A stretch of 64,000 nt of DNA, from the sequence record KJ019086.1. The stretch is one strand, 5' to 3'. Positions 12,001-19,900 of the stretch are shown here, in pieces (the stretch's first letter is position 1; every line of letters begins with the position of its first letter). The notes beneath the pieces are model-generated. The model worked only from the letters and a program-made list of their open reading frames with translations. It did not search any database and was not told where the DNA came from. The translations under genes and the position numbers were made by a program.

Positions 12001-12327
12001 ACTAACGCAGCAACCGTGGTTGGTTTGGGAACACAGTTCCTAGATGCTGTTTATGAGATTAGGTCTAATGGTAACCTAGGAATAAATGGTGTATGGGAAG
12101 CAAATGTATCCAATGGAACTAACATATCTGGTATTGATATTTCTGGAGATAACCTCGGAAGTTTCAGCTGGGGTAGGTTATCCAATGTTCCAAGAGATAT
12201 TGATTTGGCACTCTCATACAATGTAGATGGAACTACATACTCACCCAATATGGATAACTACCCAACTCTCAAGAGAAGTAGTGAAGGTCTCCGTAACGAA
12301 GGTGGTATCGCTAAGAGGGTTCTGTAG
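1..12327 (+). CDS. gp7: Giant baseplate wedge subunit gp7-like structural protein (5' end outside window, more than 4100 aa)
   Basis: Frame 1 is open from base 1 (NTFTGVVRGFSG...FYQSKGSEESFKILFRVLYGE...), so the true start precedes the window and is not the GTG at 439. It lies directly before gp8, is G/T/S-rich, and has repeated HG[FY]xxGD and GSGY..P modules typical of cyanophage gp7. Confidence 0.8.
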   Translation, partial: NTFTGVVRGFSGISSYRDSDNPSELVFETTTAATHTTETNVENLSTLFLKNFYDKLKYTFAPGFENLEFNSEVSVGQWIRQARSFYQSKGSEESFKILFRVLYGEDPLVIDLEQFLIKPSQAEYSRRDYAVAIPVSGNPITLKGKTVYQSDAEDVFGAISEIETFTRDNKLYYRIYFFVSNDEIANERKLFTIPGRSRTQRGWNQGDTTITVDTTLGFRDNNEFITEDGTKFTYLERTVNQFLGVECSDTEKTLGTNEDIIDDITIFGINDDGETVSLRMTGVISDIEFPDEVPFTTPGEKISVDTLGENIISADVTRSEPTQRQIIANSFIYNTSVRMEVDELNGSDFQINTAYLDKAFISPGDSVDILQRGSQLVYVANRKVTSVDYLNSIITINDSFGIPLDQSLDIRRNQNYAKSSTTDIEYGQNSVLSNVLNLYDATEFDGNFYVATNSLPSYDMEVKVVESILTGVTTSNFEGYNSFTDQYSTIIFDSATSFITGDLISYRVISVERTGIPLITEGEYFVEVLSNPRKIKLYVSPSFIGSDNFVGFVYNDAVGAHAFTLEEQKDRRINTKNVFKKIPFTATKQNITIPRTPDVTPSGSPVAVLTNGVEVLSYKSPDKVFLGPLEEVVPVASGEGYSVIGPPNILITPPNIQVTDPTGIPTDGGVARVSPVISGRLKKIYIDPQDFDIEEVFSITVVGGNSRGATAKPQISKRTRSIPFDTRLDIYGGGINPNEETILFLTEHKLAKGDAIIYENNDTQSIGVNVAGGSNIYNGQTLSNGAVYFAEPLNNVTIKIYETLEDLNLGINTVGFTSSQTGFGVQDFTTIPRNQLTGALITDDGGEFVYRKMEFQPENIYPEYDELRYDGHGFSSGDLVEYGTFGSVVGGLSTEKQYYVDALDENIIKLSDAGIGGTSRFDYDRKDYVDFTNIGVGTQFIKYPDVTVNVVVSYASSITGIITATPIIRGGIIQTYVDTGGYYGSDILNFAKTPEVTVQTGEGARIKPVIVNGKVTTVQILSKGINYPPTPDLRVIDKSRKGAGALLRPVVIDGAIQSVVVISTGENYDPLNTDITVIDPARRCILVPRITPLTVNTFARFGFEGLSNNDYSVVAYDRKIREDVYGDLGASHSPIIGWANDGNPIYGGFGFDDPENSSSGFRAMRTSYELFPGEIYGRPPLTLYPAGSFVEDYKFTDNGDLDIYNGRYGRTPEYPNGVYAYFAGISTDTQSLAREPQFPYFIGPEFRDGLGIQDNTVSQDFDINNKDIFRNTFPYAVGNPIIGSEFLDQSYLEDTQDSIIQSINNGTVDNLTIVGAGVSYSVGDIVNFDDTFDYISVVVDQVDGPEVTQIQTLIKSYGKAETKVIKVDNTTVRVYVDPFHEYLDGDKVVISGLSTNTDQLNGTHEINFMREQMTMFAPIPPTLFETVSDIFVNTISDKVSVGSSITVGLGTLSEDMEVINIFPINKALRVKRPVGYGFTHPIGDAVNIAPNYFDIKKNVDSFPSEIDVEYYFNPHQTVAVGLETGASVGLVYSIGTIDKNISVQTQRIYAPSHGFRTGEEITFEKNDTDTALVVTDGSTVYTLPGVGNTSNAYVVSLSKNYIGIRTVTDGPDLFFSTNGSDSPLYSIKTNRFAETALVDRIQAEVKTKTDHRLGNDDQIFTDVISSGKSGVGTNPNIKLEFDDSSQSLIVDPYFTQPSDIDTVNNLININNHGYTNGDIVLYQNYGSSIGGLTTHHKYYTIPFDRDKFYVAETFVDVRPGTKLPVNLTSVGIGSHKFSKVNPPLLITNNNDIEFDVSSPTLFGKTLEFFFDRTLTEIFDNNSIDNVFVVSGVSTEGYEDARKSIRYSDNNPDVFFYGITEGGYISTADTEVSRNNSIRYEASEYAIEGRVTVIDDSTFTYTLNTIPEKPLYTNPDTQLSYKTSSSTALGGVGRLNIIFSGNNFPALPEFEGIQTEYGQNATIRAESDDIGTLASFRIQNAGWDYSADNTLRPFGVIQPTIRFDNSDFVTEVTVLDGGNGYQNPPNAVLVDSVTREVVDNGSIILEVQSSTITDVIVEVAPSGLSKDLQELWTVNNSNGIPILLIGNIDNVAGVVTYTVQTPIEGYATPPFSVGDRVFVENILVDQDAPPSKLNSGDYGYQFLEVVAVTPTNPITIGIQYPEEAIGNLGYGVTFQQAFSGIVNEDIYPKFAVQQTTAVFLEGERLSIFDSFGNLDETDLVVEESNTSFFKVTGNYDLLVGDVLKGNNSGVILTVTEIDSSSCRYLVDSISRINTGWNDKTGFLNEETQNLPDNDYYQNLSYSIKSTINFEELINPVNRLVHPSGLKNFSDTKIESIGDIGVGSSESSESTVTIDFIGLTDIAETPLRVDRINVFDLGWDANVNNNRSNAIRLQSRTPNKRLTDYIEVRTNRVLMHDDISNEFIDSDNASSKSPYSEFNIITGEYTRGLVQARNPFTDQVQFTEIIVLSVDNSAFTLQKASISDNDLGYGIFEGRSLASSEYQMRFTPFNTDDFDIDLKLLSHKFIFSGESAEEIGYVNLAGNTLSTPDAASTQIYGASNSNNRAVVVHANITTIDGLLYYYEIYAFTDGTDVYYAPYGYSSDVLKGFNSELDGDFNATLQGGKLAIYFTNNTGGPVSITTKSIEFKQSFSGTSPYRFKKNNVPDTEERSIILDSVSTAGVSTQTTEVFRYDTTLFQSVRSIVHISGTDVGAIHQVMTINSDGSTYCEVYPFITEGDEVDSTSGIGTFGSSIDGTDMVLTFYPDAAIGSQALTLTSYNETFYRELDEVNYTFGRPLVYSESEENYYLERYIAPLGLRNNLLRFPLTYEGIPIYEKAFDPATTISINNGNLTLFNITEHFFSPAEELYYLPDTTLANNLKSPIEIQPVVDYRGITTSTMPDRVYAIKRDLNVFQLAPTASDALAGQAIVITGFGTGISHRLGMMKKLEKTIITIDGVIQSPITSALKTFNLDAPLGFDDEYAVLTGIGTIRVGDLFLIDEEYLKIDNVGLSTSQTGPISNTGTIPLIEISRGVVGSSATSHTSGSDLDLYRGSFNIVESDVVFTEAPAGRGEININESNLVQVNSSFQGRTFLQREYDQIALFDDISDLFNGSDYEFNITSAGSTIGEIENGSGVLTINDIYQTPTTDNNAGNNYFYSYGAQTGINTLTFTGITSTNGQRVESRFDINQNQIPRGGVIVSLGSTPGLGYAPLYGAKITPVVTGGVITDIVTTNRVGFTTDVLWADYDNETGDLVVSGIGSALTTQFNITDADYRNTSGVLIITSATSLISAGINPGDIMYLRGMDFSCTSGGAPATLTYPDQDPVYAVDRIVDEFRFSVNAGISTIPHTYVSGGTWQKYSPFQFGREQINPKQVYLNGLEFDCTNSPFITTNIFPDSFESASFVTRDDDAHFRLNVGIASFTHDYVGSGIFGQYIENNPGSGYIDRVSIAVTDPNHSGTPAEIVGIPTAGGELSFTIIGGGSGYNQPTTDTFAPDPAYFNLPVIGVSRRNVGFTTITGKNLFVTVEVSAATTTAIGRSEFFEVSGYQITNQGYGFEEGDVIEVVGIPTDKNLSQPIEPFQLTVLDTFTDNFSAWNFGETDYIDSIKTLQDGSRLNFPLSYKGEELSFESNPSNEDSAAIDLDAILLIYVNTVLQVPGVSYEFTGGNTFTFSQPPFPQDDVDIYFYRGKRNIDSTVITEIDESIRPGDQLQLVKNNKYNDNVFIDLTRTQDLRTVTEIASSDTVRTNIYFGNKDLDTLRERQVGWEKQKRDIFIYGEPAPKTRDSLEPVIVPTAAIIRDTSKSQTELFVSNSEIFVYEEDVPGSSIVLTNISGEIYRPVEYKYNPPVLFEPASIRANVDGNGKVTSLTILDAGQGYPTGTEITIGISSTGDRAEVGTTILNPIDGSIISVILSKSGSGYNQSNPPFVLISEPQVDIEPLELIPNIQGFSGIVTGIQATTGSSGATKGIRVFYTVDSTVVASELNAGYSVVLSNTVVGNGVETIGTNAATVVGLGTQFLDAVYEIRSNGNLGINGVWEANVSNGTNISGIDISGDNLGSFSWGRLSNVPRDIDLALSYNVDGTTYSPNMDNYPTLKRSSEGLRNEGGIAKRVL

Positions 12328-12332
12328 GGTGT

Positions 12333-12340
12333 TATAAATA
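12333..12340 (+). promoter_or_regulatory. T4-type late promoter TATAAATA
   Basis: Exact T4 gp55 consensus 37 nt before the gp8 ATG, followed by the hairpin gggtttagg/cctaaatcc. Confidence 0.8.
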
Positions 12341-12376
12341 GGGTTTAGGTACTGTATCCTAAATCCTGTATATACA

Positions 12377-13921
12377 ATGGCTGCTTTAATCACAGATGAT
12401 TTTAGGCTGTTTAACGCCGACAACTTCATCGAATCTGTAACTGATCCGAATAACTCATATTATATCTTTGTAGGTCTTCCCAACCCGGTTGGTGGAGGCT
12501 ATGGTAGATCCCTTAATTGGAATAATGATCCACCACAACCCATCGATAACTTCGCATACCTCCGTCATTGTTATGACACTATGATGTATGGACGAAGAAT
12601 CACGCCTGGAAATGTCAAGAGGGTGATTCGTCGTATCAACTGGGTCAAGGGGACCAGATACGATCAGTATCGAGATGACTATAGTGTGAATAACGTTTCA
12701 CCTAATACTGGTTCCACCAGACTATACGATGCCAACTATTACATTATTAATAGTGAGTTTAAAGTATATACTTGTTTGAGTAATGGTTCTAACGGCAATA
12801 ACCCTAAGGGTGCTGGATCTGAGGATGAACCTAACTTTGTAGACACTGAACCGTCCGCAGCAGGTTCCAGTGGTGATGGATACATATGGAAGTATTTGTT
12901 TACAGTATCTCCTTCCGACGTTATCAAGTTCGATAGTACCGACTACATCACTGTACCCAATGACTGGGGTACAACTGATAACTCACAGATTGTTGCCATT
13001 AGAGAAAGTGGAGACTCCCTCATCAATGATAGTCAACTAAAACAAGTTTATGTTGATATCCAAGGTGTTGGATATGCTGGAGGTATAGGTCAGGAGTTAC
13101 CTATTATTGGTGATGGTGAAGGTGCTAGAGCCATTGTTGATGTCAACTCTGGACGTGTTACTAACGCTATTATTGCCAAGGGTGGTAAGAACTATAGTTG
13201 GGGTTTGGTTGATCTTGGTACTATCAATCAGAGTGCTACAACAGCAGCCAAACTAGATGTTATCATCCCACCCTCAAGAGGACATGGTTATGATATCTAC
13301 CAAGAACTAGGTACCGACAGGGTTCTAGTATATGCTAGATTTGATGACTCTACTCAAGACTTCCCTATTGATACTAAGTTTGCTCAGATTGGTTTAGTTA
13401 GAAACCCAACAGTTAATGGATCTAACCAGATCTTCACTGAGAACACATTCACTTCCTGTGAATCACTCAAGATGTTATCTTTCAGTGGTGGTGTAGAAGT
13501 TGGTGATATTATCAATCAAGATACTACAGAAGGTACCGCTAGAGGATATGTTGTTTCCTTTGATGAGGAAACAAAGGTTATGAAGTATATCCAGGATAGG
13601 TCACTATACTATAACCCCAATACATATGATAATACTGACTATGTTGGTATTACTACTAGTGGAAAGAAGATATCCTTTGAGTCTAATCTAAACCCAGTTA
13701 TTACTAACGACGGTTTCCTATCTACTATTGATACAACCTTTAATGGATCTACCGAAACAGTGGGTGCCAAATCAGTAGAACTCGGTGTAGAATTCACAAA
13801 TGGGGTTGCAGTATCGGAGATAAATACTCAGAGTGGTGAGATACTTTACTTGGATAACAGACCAGTAGTACCCAGGAATCCACGACAAAAAGAAGACGTT
13901 AAGATCATCTTGGAATTCTAA
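12377..13921 (+). CDS. gp8: Baseplate wedge subunit gp8
   Basis: Motifs RRINWVKGTRYDQYR, YKCLxNG-like VYTCLSNG, DGYIWKYLF and C-terminal YLDNR...QKEDVKIILEF; position after gp7. Confidence 0.92.
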   Translation: MAALITDDFRLFNADNFIESVTDPNNSYYIFVGLPNPVGGGYGRSLNWNNDPPQPIDNFAYLRHCYDTMMYGRRITPGNVKRVIRRINWVKGTRYDQYRDDYSVNNVSPNTGSTRLYDANYYIINSEFKVYTCLSNGSNGNNPKGAGSEDEPNFVDTEPSAAGSSGDGYIWKYLFTVSPSDVIKFDSTDYITVPNDWGTTDNSQIVAIRESGDSLINDSQLKQVYVDIQGVGYAGGIGQELPIIGDGEGARAIVDVNSGRVTNAIIAKGGKNYSWGLVDLGTINQSATTAAKLDVIIPPSRGHGYDIYQELGTDRVLVYARFDDSTQDFPIDTKFAQIGLVRNPTVNGSNQIFTENTFTSCESLKMLSFSGGVEVGDIINQDTTEGTARGYVVSFDEETKVMKYIQDRSLYYNPNTYDNTDYVGITTSGKKISFESNLNPVITNDGFLSTIDTTFNGSTETVGAKSVELGVEFTNGVAVSEINTQSGEILYLDNRPVVPRNPRQKEDVKIILEF

Positions 13922-13924
13922 TCA

Positions 13925-16900
13925 ATGTCTCAGATTAACCTAGATACCAGCCCATACTTTGACGACTTCGATCCGTCAAAGGACTACTATAAAGTACTCT
14001 TCAAGCCAGGATTCCCGGTTCAAGCAAGAGAACTTACCACTCTGCAATCAATTTTACAGAACCAGGTAAGTAACTTTGGAAAGCACCTCTTCAAAGAGGG
14101 ATCCATGGTTATCCCTGGTAGTATAACTTATAATGCAAAGTATGAGTCTATTGTCATAAACAAACAACAGGGGGGTATCGACGTTTCTCTATATGCTTCT
14201 CGACTAGTTGGTAAAACTATTCAGGGTAAAACTAGCGGAGTTACCGCTAAGGTTATTAACTTCCTACTACCACCAAATAACGGAGTAACAAGCCCAACAA
14301 TCTTTGTTTCATATATCAATAGTGGTTCGGATGCGGCAACAACTGTTTTCGACAATAACGAGGAGTTAATTTCCACTTCCGACATTGTATATGGTAATAC
14401 TACAATTACTGCCGGGACTACATTTGCTAGTACTATTTCAACTCTATCCACAGCGGTAGGTTCTGCTGCCCAGATCAGAGATGGTATCTACTTCATTCGG
14501 GGTTTCTTTGCTCAGGTTCGTGAAAGTGTAGTAATCTTAGAACCTTTTAGTAATACTCCTTCATATAGAGTTGGTCTACAGATCACTGAACAGGTTATTA
14601 CTGCTGGTCAGGACAACTCACTATATGATAACGCCAAGGGGTTCAATAACTTCTCAGCACCAGGTGCGGATAGACTAAAAATATCCACCAAACTTATTAA
14701 GAAACCACTAGACGATTATAATGATACTAACTTTGTAGAGTTATTACGTGTTGATAACGGTGAAGTTAAGAAAATTGCGGAGAATAGTGACTATAATATC
14801 ATTAAGGACTACCTAGCACAAAGAACCTATGAGGAGTCTGGTGACTATACCCTGTTTGGTATGGGTATTAAAGTTGCAGAGTCATTAAGTGATAACTTAG
14901 GTAACGGTGGTGTATATCAGTTTGATCAGAAAACAGAGCAAGGGGGAACACCCACTGACGATCTAGCGGTAGTTAAAGTATCTGCTGGTAAGGCATATGT
15001 TCGAGGTTATGACATCAATAATCCTGGAACTGTTAACCTAGACATCAACAAACCCAGAACAACAGAGAACGTCGAAGCAAGTTCCGTTCCCTTTGAGATG
15101 GGAAGTAAGTTCTTCATCAATAACGTTACAGGAACTCCTGTTATTGGTCTAGACGTTAATGATAATATCGTCGAACTATACAATGGTCGTGTAGATGGTG
15201 CAGGGTCCTCCACAGGAGACCTTATTGGTGAGTCTCGTGTATATTCCTATTCCCTAGAAGACGCACCCTATACAGGTCCTTCTACACCTTGGAACCTATA
15301 TCTATATGATACTCAGATCTTTACCAAACTAACTCTAAATGTAGATGCAACTGGTAATATCCTAACTTCATATAAGGTGAGGGGTCTCAGTAGTAACGCT
15401 ACTGGTTATGTTCGTTCTGTTAGTACCACAGAAGTAGTTCTAACTCAGGTATCTGGTGAATTTATCAGAAACGAAGCTATTTCTGTTAATGGAAAGATAT
15501 CCAGTTCACTTAGTGTATCTTTAGTTGATAGTTACAGGAATAACGATGTTAGATCCATTAGCCAGGCAAGTTCCTCACTAGATCCAAACATTGAAGTTGA
15601 CTTTAGTGCAGATACTCTCCAATACTCTGCTATTCCAACTGGTTTCACAGCTTCAGATTCAGTTACAATCACTACTGGTGGTGTTGTTACTTGTCCTGGT
15701 AGAATATTTGATGCTTTCCGAGTTGGTGATGTTATTGGATATCAGAAAGCTGGATCAGAAGTAATTACATACAATCAAGTATTATCACTCAACGCCACTA
15801 ACACCAGTATTACTGTTGATGCAGTTGCAAATGTTGCTGGTGTTTGTGATGGAACTTTACCTTCATCCGAAACTAGATCTGGTATTAGGTTATACAACTC
15901 TAGACTCCTTAACCAAGAGATTTCTCAGTTATATGCAACTTTAGAAGAGAGGAATATTTCCAGTGTTGATTTGGCATCATCGTCATTAACCTTCGCCAAA
16001 CAGATCAACAACTTATCTACAGATGCTAGTGGTGTTCTAACTGTAAATGTATCCGACCTAGATGTTTCTGGTGCGGTATTTGAAGCCTTTGATCAAGAGA
16101 GATATAGTATTCATTATTCCAATGGAACTACACAATCTCTTAGTTCTAGTCAGGTAACTATTACATCCTCAACAGCAGAATTTACAAACTTACTCCCAAG
16201 TCAGACAACCAACGTAACACTCAATTGTACTGCTATCAAGACTGGTATTAAGTCTAAGACTAAAGTTCTACTTAGGTCTCAACTATTAGAAGTTACCAAG
16301 GCAAGCAGTGGTATTTCTACTGTGGCTCAGGGTTTGGGACAAAATGACTACTATGGTTTAAGGGTTGATGATGAAGAGATCTCACTAAATGTATCAGATG
16401 TAACTAATATTGTTGCTGTATATGAGTCATTGGATGATGGTACCCCAACGTTTGATGTTCTAGGTTTTGTCAATGGTTTAGAACTAGACACTAGAGTTGC
16501 AGTTGGAGAACAGATCAAGGGTGATGTATCTGGTGCTATTGCTCGGGTTGTTACAGTTGCAACACCTGCTTCAGTCAATATTGTATATCTAACTGAATCA
16601 ACTTTTGAAGTTGGTGAATTAGTTACGTTTATGGAATCCAAGATTGAAACTAATCTTCAATCTATTACAGAAGGTAACTACAGTAACATTACAAACAGAT
16701 TTACACTTGATAAAGGACAACGTGAACAGTTCTATGACTATTCTCGTCTAGTCAGGAATAAGAATGCTAAAGCACCTAACAAGAGAATACTAATCATCTA
16801 TGATAGATTCGCTGTTCCAGTGAATGACAAAGGTGATTTCTACACTGCCAATAGTTACTCCGAAGAAGACTTCAGTAAAGGTGTTCCTATGTTGGCTGGT

Positions 16901-19900
16901 GGAACTCTCCGTGCCTCGGACACCCTAGATTTTAGACCCAGAGTCGCCGCCTTTACCTCACTCAACTCCTCACCATTTAACTACACTTCTCGTGACTTTG
17001 GTGACAATGGTAATACTGTTATCCTAGTTACCAAACCAAGTGAAAGTATGGTTCTAGGTTATAGTTACTTTGTTGGAAGAAGGGATCGTATTGTACTAGG
17101 ATCTAATGGAAAATTCAGTGTAATTGAAGGTACACCCGCTGAGTTCCCAACATTACCCACAATTGGTGATGGTGTAATGGAACTCGCCCAAATAACTTAT
17201 CCACCATACCTATACTACATCGAAGACGTTCAAATTATCGAGGTTGATAATAGACGATATACGATGAGAGATATTGGTAAGTTGGAAGATCGTATTGAGA
17301 ACTTAGAAGAAGTTACGTCACTTTCACTACTAGAAAGGGAAACAGAATCACTACAAGTTTTGGATGAAGATGGTAACGACAGATTTAAATCTGGTTTCTT
17401 TGCCGATGATTTCACGAATGCAGAATTTATTGATAATGATTATGAAGATACCAACATTGATGTTGAACCTGCAACTTCTTCCCTAGTCACTAGACAGTTA
17501 TTTTCCACCATTCCATTAAGAGCTCAACTATCAGAAAGTATTGATGAGAACATAGTTGATTTGAGTGATAACTTACCTCTAGTAGATACTAATCTACAAA
17601 AGACTGGTGATATAGTTACCCTATCATATGTTGAAGTTCCTTGGATTACACAACCACTATCTTCGAGAACAGAAAATGTTAACCCATTCAATGTTATTCT
17701 ATTCAATGGTAGTATTACATTAAACCCAGCTTCTGATGATTTTGTTATTACTAGACAGATTCCAGGCAATACTCAAACTATTGATGTATTTGGTGATGGA
17801 AACAGTTCTAATTTCGATCAGACGTTTGTTGAGAGTGTAGAAACTGCTCAGTGGATGAGATCACGTAACATTGCTTTCCACGGTCGTGGAATCAAACCCT
17901 TCACTCAGTTCTATGCGTTCTTTGACGGAACTTCTGGTATTGATATTATCCCCAAACTTATTGAAATCACCATGACTAACGGTGCTTTCTCCGTTGGGGA
18001 GAGGGTTGTTGGTACTACTGGAGGTAGAAGAATCTTTGCAGCTAGAGTAGCTACACCTAATCATAAGGAAGGTACTTTCAATAGTCCAGATAGAACTTTT
18101 GAGACAAATCCATATAATAGGGACGCTCAGTTGGCGTCTTCATACTCAGCCTCGTCTACAGTTCTCAATATTGATACCAACTCACTAGCAGATATCACTG
18201 ACTCACGTTTCTTTGGTTATATCACACCAGGAACTAGATTAGTTGGTCAGTCTAGTGGAGCTATTGCTGATGTTACAGAAGTAAAATTAATCGCTGATAC
18301 ATTTGCTGAACTATATGGTGCTATTTGGTTGAGGGATCCATACGCATCCCCAACACCATCATTCAGACTTGCTACCGGTGTTCGTACACTAAAACTAACC
18401 TCTAGTACAACTAACGCACAATCTACACTTGGTGGAACAACGATCTCCTTTGCAGAGTCTAACTTCCAATCTAGTGGTTTGGTTCAGAACAGGCAGACTG
18501 ATACTACTGTGGTAACAGTTAGACCCCTACCACCACCACCCCCACCAATTATTATTGACCAAACAGTTACTATTGTCAATAACAATACGACAGTTATCGA
18601 TAATACTGTTACTCAAAATATCGATAATACTCAAACTATTATCCGAGAAGTGGAAGTTGACGATGACGACCCATTGGCACAGACCTTTATGGTTGATGAG
18701 ACCGGTGCGTTCCTAACCAGTATTGATCTGTTTATGGCTACTAAGTCTGAAACAGATAACTTAATTGTTCAGGTTAGAACTACTGAGTTGGCAACTCCAA
18801 CCAACCTTCTTATTCAAGATTTTGCTGAGGTTGTTCTATCACCTGATCAAGTTAATGTATCAGAAGATGGGACTGCGGTAACTAAAGTTACTTTCCCCTC
18901 TCCCATATATCTTGAGTCAGGTATAACATATGCCGTTGTACTACTTGCCCCAACTACTGACGAATACACTTCGTTTATTGCTGTTATGGGTGAGGAGAAT
19001 CTCTCTGGTGAGATTGATCCTAACTTAGATCTAAACGCAACACTTCCAGAAGGATCTACTCAAAGTAACTCCAATCTCCCAGGAACTGCTATTATTTCCC
19101 AGCAGTATCTCGGTGGATCACTCTTTAAGTCTCAGAATGGTACTATCTGGACACCAACTCAGTTTGAGGATCTTAAGTTCACTCTCAACAAAGCACAGTT
19201 TAACCAGACTCCAGGAACTCTATTCCTCAACAATCCACCACTAACTGAGACCGGAATTCTACCACCTGATCCAATTGAAACACTACCTAGAAAACTCAAG
19301 GTATCTGTAAGTTCTAATACTTACAACTTCAGTGAAGGTGATATCATTTCTTCTGTTGGTTCAGGTGCTACCAATACCGCGTTGGTAACTGGTGACCTAG
19401 AGACCCTAGGTGGTCCACTAGCAACACTCGATGTAACTGACCCTGGTGTTGGTTTCATTGATGGTTCCTACAGTAGTGTAACTGTATATCCAATTACCAG
19501 TTCTGGTTCAGGTGCTGAACTCAATGTTACCATTTCTGGTAATGTAATTACAGCAGCAACAGTAACTACTGGTGGTTCTGGTTATAGAGTTGGAGATACC
19601 ATTGGTATTACAACCGCTGATGTTGGTGCCGCTGGTGGTGACTCTGTATTGACTCTCGATACCATTGGTGATACAGATACACTATTCCTCACTAACGTAC
19701 AAGGTGAGAAGATGGTTATAACAGAGAGTATTAAGGTATACGATACTGTTACTGAATCCCTAAGGACAACTGGTGTAGATATTACAACAGAATCTGAAGT
19801 TCTCAATCCAATGTATAATGGTAGTATCTTTGTTGCTAACATACCCAATCATGGTATGGAAGCAGACAACAATGTGGTTAGTATCACAGATATCCAACCA

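Noticed and set aside
18527-18547. Poly-proline tract in the VrlC-like protein as a novel feature
   Set aside because: A short linker of a kind common in this protein family; no independent signal.
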